Assembly: GCA_000708835.1 (NCBI GenBank)
Contig: DF237395.1
Coordinates: forward strand, 12,380-76,379
Length of the DNA stretch: 64,000 nt
Source of the DNA: Klebsormidium nitens
Taxonomy: Eukaryota; Plantae; Klebsormidiophyceae
Reading direction: 5' to 3'
The notes below the pieces were generated by a model, which was given only the letters and a program-made list of their open reading frames with translations, was not told the DNA's origin and ran no database searches. Positions within the stretch are counted from its first letter, which is position 1. Each line of letters opens with the position of its first letter. This document shows, one piece after another, positions 54,938 through 64,000 of the stretch. Position numbers and translations under genes: made by a program.

Positions 54938-57900
54938 TCACTGCCGCGAGCTAAAGACCCTAAGAATGGCTTGTACGTCCAACGGCGACAAAAACTTGGA
55001 ACAGAACCGTCCCCACGCCGCCTCGATCGTCTCCCCCTCGTTCGCTTTCTCCGACACCTGTTGCGGCTCTCCTGTCCCCGGACTTGCCACGTCAGCAAGC
55101 CCTTCCTGTAATGCATTTCCGCTCGTTCCTTCCATGTCGTCAGGATCCGGCTCGCTCCGGCTCGGTTCGGGCGGTGTGTGATAGAACGTGTTCTCCGGCT
55201 GTGCTTGATAGCAGAACGCATAAGCGGCGTACAGCTCTCCGATCAGCTTGCGCGCGGCTTCTCTGGCTTCGGGAAGTTGGTCGCTGACTTGACCGGCCGT
55301 TACTTGGACGAGGCGGTCCCAGCCAAAGCTTTCGATGCCATCGGGGCCCTGTAAGAGTTAGTTTTATCTGGTTCAGAAAAGGGAAGAGAACATGCAGATA
55401 CAACGCATAAAAACACGGAAAACAAAAAGGCAGACGCTCAGCTTGAAACGAGTTTCCACATGAAAAGCACCAAGAAGTAGCCTGTCGGTGTAGCTCCGAA
55501 AAGAGTCGGAAAGGCCTGTTTACCAGTGCGTCACGAGGGCATTCGACAGAAGATTCACAAGTTGTTCCTGTGGTTCGAACCAAAAGCAGAGTTGAGCCTT
55601 CAACGCAAAGACTCCTTGCAGGCAATCCAAAATGCATCTCCTCTGGCAGTCGCAGATTTGTTGTAGCCGGAACCATAAAAACTCGACGAAGATCCGGACG
55701 ACAGGTCCGTTTGCTCTTGCTCAAAGGAGGCGTCCGACCCCCGAGTGAACGGTGACCGGACACTTAGTACCTGAATTGACTACCTGGAGCACCTCTCTCA
55801 AGCACGCAGCTTACAGGCGCCTGGAAGAGCACAAGCTTTCACCGGAGCGGTTTGCCAGAAAAGACTACCACAACCCAATCTTTCTCGTCGCAGAACGCTT
55901 TTACTGTTACCCTACGTTCGAGAACTCACAGAGCGTATGTTGTTGAGACTCTCTCTGCGTTTTCGTTACACAAGAACGCATCCGTCGCTCATGCATTGAC
56001 AGCGTTTCGAAAGTGCCAAGAGCGTGTCCTACAAAACTCACTGTAAGCCTGAAGTGCATGCCAACAGATTGCACCAGGCTTCCTCTACTTCATCATAAAC
56101 GATGCAAACCATGACGGACTGGATGCTATAGAAGGGAGGAGGAACCTTCCTCCTGTGAAGACGATTAGCGCTGTCGGGGATGGAAAATGTGATCTTAACC
56201 CTCAAAAGTGGTGAAGGCAACGGTAAAAGAAGAGTAACAGGGTTCGCGAAAGGCAGTGATACAGACGACATCGACACAACTTCGTGTCGGGCGACAACGT
56301 AAAAAACAGCAACAGGAACCCTGTGCCATGAAAGAGATTTACAGACTCTCTAGACAGCGAAAGAACCCGTTCAAAGGCAGTTTAGACGACAAAGTTCGTA
56401 AGAAAAAGAGTGGAAACGGCCATTCCTGACAGAACGTTCAGGCCCAACTTCCACAGCTTTTGCCAGGACTCAACAAGCTAATAACGCAGAAGTCAACGTT
56501 GGAGCACTTACCAGCCGTGCAACGCTGTCGTGGATGGAGACGGTGGCCTTGGCGCGCACGCGCGGGTTTTTGTGCTTCGAGTACGGGAGCAGCTTCTCGA
56601 GCACCGCGGCGGGGGACAGCGACGCGGACAGCGCGCTGAGGGTGCGGTCCGCCTCCTCGCACACAAACTGCTTGTCTTGGGACGCCTTCAAGAATAGCTG
56701 GAGAAGCTGCATAGGGACGAAGAGACCGTTTAGCAGAGAGGTTCGTCCGCCTCTCTTCTCGTACAATTATCATTCCTATTTATCGTTGTTCATCCACTGG
56801 CTCTCTGGCTTGTCCCGAGAGACCTTCAGAAACGGCTAGAGAATCTGCATGATGACACAAATATAATCAGCATCCGAGCGAATCTTTGAATCACTTGAAC
56901 CATAATCGGTTCGCGCGTCTACATGTTCTGCAAACCTACGTTCGTCTACTGTTATCTGTTGCCTCTTCTGTTGCCAAATGCAGCCTTGCCAAATCAGAAT
57001 GGTTGAAGCCGGACCGTCGGGGCTGGTAACCTGGTGAAAGAGTTTCTGAGTACGGTCAAGGGATTGCTTCTTTGAGGTGCCTTCAGGAACAAGCGGAGAA
57101 TCTGCAGCAAAGGTAATAGCCTCGTTAGGAGCTGCGAATAGGCTGGTTGTGACGGGTTTGCGCTGGGCGGTAGAGCGCTGTGAGAAAGAAACAGTTTGGG
57201 ACAAACTTTCTATCCCGCTTCGAAGCTGGAAGAGTTGCATACAGGGGCGGGAAACGGCCAGCTGTCAAGTATAGACTTGAAAAGGGTGGCTAGACACGGA
57301 TCAGGGCTGGTAAGAACGCCGGTAAGAATGGCGGCATGATCAAGAGCAAAGCGGCCAGCAGGACTTTTGGCAATGATTGTAAGAGAAGTGTCCTCTATGC
57401 TTGGTTTTCCTCACTCCGTCAAAATAGGTAGATAGAGGAGTTCGGGTGAGTAATGAGTTGCAAGTTTCAGGTTTCGGGCGAAAGTGCGAAGATGTGCATG
57501 TTGCATGTCCTGGCTGCCTTCGAAGTAGGTTGGGAAAGCCCAAGGCTGTTTGGTTGGGAAGCGATTTTTAAGCAGCAAAGTATGTGCGCAATCTCCTCAA
57601 AATTAGACCCCAGCGACTGAGGGGGAGGTGGCGATGATCGCAAGAACACGAGCAGCATCTGTTCCTGAATAAGAGTCCTCAATCTGGAGTGCAGCCAGTC
57701 ATTATGCTGCTGCTTCCTGTTACATCGGCTTCCTGTTCGGTGACATTAGTAAGTCGGGCAAAAGCAACCCGTCTTCCAAGTGGTAGTGGCACAGTTCAGG
57801 AATCCCCAAGCAGACGTAAGTCTCTGCAGTTTCCACAAAAGCAGACCCGTTCACAAAACTCCACAGCAGGGCTCAAGGAGACTGCACGGTGAATACTGGA

Positions 57901-60422
57901 CCCCTCCAATCAATTTTCAAATGAAAGCACAGACGCTTCTTGATGTGGCTCACACAACAAGCATCCCAGCAACGCTTGGCCACAAAGTGCTAGTTCCTGC
58001 CAGAACTGAGAAACAAGGAGGATCCAAAATACTCACCAGCGAGTCCAGGGACTCGAGCATCTTGTCCCCAAACGCCAAGAACATGTCTGCCAGCGCCATA
58101 AGGCTCGTCTTCTGCAGAGCGCTGCGCGGGTTCTTGACAGCCTTGAGCACCTTGGGGACGACGGCGCTCCTGCAGAGAACATGACGCCAGAGATAAATCG
58201 TACTTCTGAAGCATGCACGGCATTCCGGGGTGAACTTTCTTTATTCTGGGGGGTTCAAGGGGCTGCTGAGGACATGTAAAAGAACGACTCGTCTATGCTG
58301 TGACATGATGGATGCTCAACCATCGAGGCCTTTATTATACAATGCTCCTGCAAATGGTAGGGGCTGATTTTCGTTGAACCACCAGCGCAGTACTGGACAG
58401 AAGAAGGTTCTCTGGCCAGCAAAGTCTGACGCTTGGGAAGCTGCACACGGTCAATATGTGACTGGGAGTTGACCAGATGTAAGCTCAGAGGCAGTGTCGA
58501 ATCAACTTGATGCAAAGAACAGTGGAAATCTCTATGCGGTGCGTAACCCTGCCAATGGTTGCGATGTCAGGACATCGATTTTGCTATGCTTGTGGGAGTG
58601 AATAGCCAATAGCCAACTGCAGGCCAACGGAAGAGCGCCCCCCCAAAGTACCCGAAGGAAAACCATTGATTGACTAATTACCTTGCAGGGCTTGCTTGTT
58701 GCCAAGATGACCTCAGAAAGAAAGTGGTGAAAGCTGACCCTCTTTGGGAACTGACGCACTATGCCAAACTTGCACCCACTTTTGCCCCAGTCTGCTGTGG
58801 ATTTTAGATCTAACCAGCCCAGTGCTTTGGAATGACAACCAGAATGTCAGATGCCAACATACTACGTAGACTCTCGATCGGATTTGAGTGACTGGAAGGA
58901 AGGCAGCAGCAGCAAGATCAGGTCTCAAGCTGCGGTGTTTGGCAGTGGAAGACTTACAGGTGCACCTCGGCAGCCACGCTGTGGAAGAGGGACAATTGGC
59001 GCACGTTATTCAAGGCCTGACATACTGTCACCCAGTCCTTGGAGTCGAGGCGGTCCAGCAACGTCTGTAACAAAGATAGGAGCTGTTATGAAAGATGCTA
59101 GCACCGTCGCTTACTAGTCCATGCAAGCAGGAACTTGACCTCATCCTTGCAACAATCATGGATCATAACCTTTCAGAGTTCTTGGAGAATGCCAGGGTGA
59201 AGCTAATAGCTTATCAAGCAAGCTGAACTTTCCCGAGAAGAGCTGGCACAGGATCTCAAGTTGCATCGCTGCACAGCACAAAGTGGAAACCTCCACTCTG
59301 ATCTAGGACTGGAGATTGAATGAAGGTCAAGCAGTCATGCTAACCAGTTCAAGAAAAGACAAACCGTATCTTTCTGAGGCACAATTTGCATTTGTATCAA
59401 CTGGCAAGAGGTGTCAAACAACCCCGAAGTGAGTCCCCTTGCAAGCGCCACAAAGAAATGATAAGGGCATGCGCTGGTGAGTTTTTGCTGTTGTTTCCCT
59501 TCTCGTATACCTAGCTTTATTGCGTGAGGTCGAGGCATCATGATTTGGTTTCATTCAACCACTCTGAGGAGTGGTACATTCAGATTTCATGGTGAAGGGC
59601 TAAGAAGACAAAAGCTTGCGTAAATCGTTGCATCTTGGCCCAGACCAGCAGTCAACTCTAAAACAATTGGCTGTCAACGTCCTTGATATTTCATCTCAGC
59701 TTCCATCGATACAAGAAAATTTGCTGAGCATTGAAAAAGGTATAAAGGTATAAGACCAGTCCGTGGCTATTTACGACCACTGCAAGACTCGAGCACCCTC
59801 CTCTGATGAGCAAGATGCTCCAAAAACTACACCAGAATCACCTTGGAGGGACAGACCAAAGTCGTAAAAAAGGAAGTGCTCAGAGCTTTTTGAAAGTATG
59901 TTTCGCCAGAACCGCCACCAGAAAGTAACGGTTTGACAACTTGAAGGACGGCGTGGGCCAAATGTGTGGATTCATGCTAAAAGAACGCTGCGCAGCAACA
60001 AGGAAGCAGACGAGTAAGTCAGAACTATATGATGAGGAATGGAATCTAGATCTCAGCAGCTTGAAGTGTAAAGGCTTCAACTAGAGGGACGCCCCATCAC
60101 ACGCTTGATTGACCAGAACGACTCCCACGGATACATTCAGACTTACCCTTCCATCTGCCTCCGCATCAACTGTGTCCGCTAGATCCTCTGTCCTCACATA
60201 CTCAATCTCAATTGCCTCTGGCCCTGGGGCACAGTTTGCAACCCTCAGAAAGCCCGTCGCATCAAGTCCATCCGACACGTCCCTGTTCTCGTCATTGACA
60301 CCCGGCTGGGGGGGCATCCTCTTGCAAGCAAACAAGGACTTTTTGACCGGCCCCATGTTCCTAGACCGAGCAGCAAGCGCACTACTATCTACGAGAGGTT
60401 GGAGGGGACGCTTTTCTGACAT
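54938..60422 (-). CDS. TOG/HEAT (ARM-repeat superfamily; CLASP/TOGARAM-like single TOG domain) protein, 373 aa
   Basis: Exons 60422-60147, 59064-58958, 58169-58037, 56706-56512, 55348-54938. Motifs IEYVRTEDL, LDSKDWVTVCQALNNVRQL, KAVKNPRSALQKTSLMA, LFLKASQDKQFVCEEA, KHKNPRVRAKA, SDQLPEAREAAR match the recalled plant single-TOG ARM-repeat family. Confidence 0.9.
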
Positions 60423-61102
60423 CGCGACACCAGCTGCAAGACCCAACAGCTACAATGGACCTAAGGAAAGAGTGATCCGCAGAATGAAAACTCCAAGTTG
60501 ATTGAAAATGCAGCAGAAGTGCTCACAACCAGCATAGACCTGCTAAAGAAAGAGGTAGGCTGCAGCACTGAATGAGGAGAATACTGGCGTGCGCAAAGAA
60601 GCATCTGCAAGCAATGCCAAAAGGAAGCGCGAAGTGCTGCGCAAGGCCGCCCTGAGCCTGACTCCTTCCTGGATCAGCTGGACACTGCATTTTTCGAGGG
60701 AATATGATGGAAGCTTCAAACATATGGAGACATCGTACGACCCGACAATAATAATGCATAGAGGGAAGAATTGCTTTCTCGTCGAATTTTTGTGTCATGA
60801 TCAAGAACATATTTGGACCGCTAGCAATATGCTATGGTGAATGCAACCGTTGAATATCGTAAGGCCTGATCTAAACCGTCGATCCAACCTTCTCAAATCG
60901 GACTCCCTCCGCGAGCACTTCGCGCGCATTTCGTAAACCCTCGGCGGGCTTTCAATCGAAGCGGCCGCCTAGGCGCGCGGCCGGCCTGACCGGCGCCTGC
61001 TGCACTGGCAGTTGCACGTATCGCGCGCCTGCTGGTGTTTAAGTTACAAATTGACACGCTGCCGTGAGAGAATGATCGCAAGCCTCGCGGATCAATCATG
61101 GT

Positions 61103-63040
61103 TTGCAAAAAGTCTTATCTGCTGAAGCCTCACAGTTCCTGGGTACACATACGGTTTGGTCAGAGGATTCGAGGCGCGGCACACATTTTGACCGATCCAC
61201 CAAACTTGAAGGGATTGGCTTTCTTATACGGAATTCCCTCAAAACATTATTCTCTGTTGCACTCAACGATAAAGAACACGAAGTCATGTGGCTCAAACTG
61301 AGTGGTAAAGGGAACATTAACGACACATATTTTGCATTAGCTTACTGCCCTTCAACACATATACATGCTACGTCGATTTTGAAAACGCGTTCCCAAGCGC
61401 ATGGAGAGCTGCCATTTGGTATCGACCTCAAGAAGCAGGCATACAAGGCAAACTTTTTCGAGTAATTCAGTCACCTTATGCAGACATTCAGTCAACACTT
61501 ATTACACCCTATGGACTCACGGACTGGTATCAAATTGATAACGGCACACGGCAAGAGGCAGTCCTTTCACCCTTTCTATTTTCTATTATTATCTCGCCTC
61601 TGGTTGAGGAACTCAAAGCACGAGGTTTTGGGATTCACTACGATGGAATGCTTGTTCCATGCCTCCTCTATGCTGACGACTTGGTTTTAATCGCAGAAAG
61701 CACAGAACAATTAAGAGCTATGATGCTGCACACTTCACTATTTTGCAGAAAATGGCGCTTCGAAATCAGCCAACAAAAAACACACGTCGTAATCTATGGC
61801 CCTCGCAGAACATTGGTCTCACAGGACCAGGTTTGGACAATGGCGGGCATGAATATTGACATGAGGCAATCATACAAATATCTGGGAATTCATTATGAGA
61901 ACAAAGGGGGATGGGATGAGGTAATAACAAATAACACAAAGAAGGCACAACAGTCTATGGGGCAGCTGCTTCACTCGGGAGTTGGAGACGATGGACTGCA
62001 AATCGGATACAGCGCTCGACTTTGGAAAACGTATGTTGGCACACAACTTTTATACGGCGCTGAAATTTGGTCACCGAACGTGGCACAATTGAAAGACCTC
62101 GAAACCGTTCTTTCGAAGGGCGCACGCAATATTTTTGGCCGTAAAGGAAACACAAACGTGAGTGTCGAAGCCCTTCTTGGAGACCTAGGATGGCTTTCAA
62201 TCGAATCACAACAAGTCCTGGCAAAAACACGATTCTTTGAACGCTTATGCAACCACTCTGAAACAAATCGTCTCACTGGAACCGTTTTTCTTGCTGCTCG
62301 ACATACCTATAACACCGAGAAGGCACACAATCCTCAAGCTGTCTCAATTTTGAACAGTTGGTGCCACTATGCGCATCAGGCTCTTCACTACCTCTCACTC
62401 GACAACTATTGGAACAGTATTGACGACGTAGTGAGACTGTCCGCCACAAACACTTGGTCAAAACTGACGTACAAGCGGGCCATCATGGTTGACTGGCAAA
62501 AACTTCAAACTTCAGCAGCTGCAAAACCTACTGGGCGGTTTTATTTGGCCATCAAACAACAGTTTGGATTCGAACAATATCTTAGTGGCGATCGAACCTA
62601 CTCAAGACACAAATTTGCACTTCGTTCAAGATCTTTCGGACTTCGAGCACGCACATATCATGAGAACACACACGGGCCCACATACATGACGCTACGCATC
62701 TGCACATGCTGCACGCATGGTCAAATCGAAGATGAGGTACATTTTATCCTAGTCTGTGCGGCCTACACGGATGCGCGAACAATACTAAAAACTTCGATTG
62801 AAACCGAACTCGTTAACATTAACGCACGTCCTGTTACATCTTTGTTCACTAGATACGTCAGCCTTTCTTACATATTTGCTCGGTCGCTCGCAACCACAGT
62901 GGGACAAGCGCATTCCTTTGATCATTGATCAAGCACTGAAACCAAAGTTTACTCGCGGCCATTGCAATTCGCACACAACTTTCACAGACATAGACGCCGA
63001 ATCAGAGTCATCACTGATCGAACACACTTATCTTTAAAGT
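61103..63040 (+). mobile_element. Non-LTR retrotransposon (LINE) ORF2 remnant: partial AP endonuclease, internally deleted reverse transcriptase, C-terminal Cys/His finger
   Basis: 61103-61350 resembles APE endonuclease (EGIGFLIR, VMWLKL, YFALAYCP). An open frame at 61321-62928 carries RT motifs YVDFENAF, GIQGKLFRVI, GTRQEAVLSPFLF, LLYADDLVLIA, KTHVVI, YKYLGI, and C-terminal RICTCCTHGQIEDEVHFILVC. No poly(A) tail or TSD was identified, so the ends are approximate. Confidence 0.9.
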
Positions 63041-64000
63041 CGAGCCAACCACTGAACACCATTCAACAGGCGGTTCACATGTCTTCCACTGAATGGGTAC
63101 CTTTTCTCCTCGAAAAAGGCGGGCCAAGAAAATAGCCAATATGGACCCTCGAGGAGTTTTTAACGGTTCGTGCAGTGGGATCAAGGCGTGTTCAGAACTG
63201 AGTCATGGACGGGACTATATGTGGTCTGGCTGTAATATGCGCGCACAATTTCGATTGCATGTTGTGCCTCTACATATCCTTTCCTACAGCTCTTCAACGA
63301 CGTGGCGTCACATGATCAAGCACTACAAGCCTTCAGCAAGCAGCCGGGGCCCTGACTTAGCCCGTAGTCAACTTCTCTAGCGAACCCCACTGATCACGAG
63401 TGGAGGGGGAGTTTTGCTTATGACTTAGTCAGCCCGGCTGTGACTTCTTCTGGAGCACGCCCTGTAGCATATGGGTAGGAGGCCCCCTTCCTCCCCTCCC
63501 GTTGACACGATTAATGTTGATTCTTAGCAATACAACTTCAAATATACATTGAGATTAGCCATCTAGATAAAAAGTTGATAGATAAATAATCTTATGTATT
63601 GACGCTGATATATTGCTAGGAATTGAACGCTTGATCGTTAGGTGAGGTCCTGTAGATAAATCCGTCCAATCACATGTACACTATTTCTTCGCCCTCTGGG
63701 CTACACCGAAAGAAACCATCACTGCGATTTGTCAAATTGACGCCTCTCAGTTCGAGCCTGCGGTGGGCCGGCAACGAATTGCCCAGGGGGCCGAAAAGCA
63801 TCAAGCGCCGGCCCGCAATCGGGCCAAGACTCATGAGTAGTCGCTGTCCCGTCTTGGTTACCGGCACGCTAATCTGGTACGTCCACAAGGGAGATTTCAA
63901 GCTTTTCCGTTCCTAGCACGGTTCCGCCGCTATCATTGGTCACTGTCTACCAAGTGCCGGCCGGACCAGGCGGACCCACCGACCGCCGGACCGCAGTATC

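Noticed and set aside
63670-63916. ORFs at the right window edge
   Set aside because: They are short, overlap on opposite strands, and show no recognisable motif or splice structure.

Overview
Eukaryotic nuclear DNA with many GT-AG introns. The plant-type genes (WCRKC thioredoxin, RFC3-type plastid bS6 protein, PUX7) and TTTTAGGG-type telomeric motifs suggest a streptophyte green alga such as Klebsormidium; this assignment is inference. I rebuilt the gene models by hand from splice sites and reading-frame phase. They give nine protein-coding genes: PUX7-like UBX protein (partial, -), ARF1 (+), peroxisomal 2,4-dienoyl-CoA reductase ending in SKL (-), WCRKC thioredoxin (+), WDR44-like WD40 protein (-), RFC3-like plastid bS6 protein (+), an intronless F-box/LRR/Sel1 protein (-), a MAK/MHK-like kinase (-) and a TOG/ARM-repeat protein (-). 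Also present are an internally deleted LINE remnant, a candidate TA-flanked MITE and telomere-like tracts. The most unusual signal is a set of 'exon echoes': about 18 intronic tandem copies of 100-185 nt period. They straddle splice junctions at 7 exon boundaries in two genes (DECR2, WDR44). Many keep their GT or AG, and the exon-derived part is often better conserved than the intron-derived part. One forms a phase-compatible candidate mutually exclusive exon. Most short ORFs in the supplied track are antisense or intronic artefacts.
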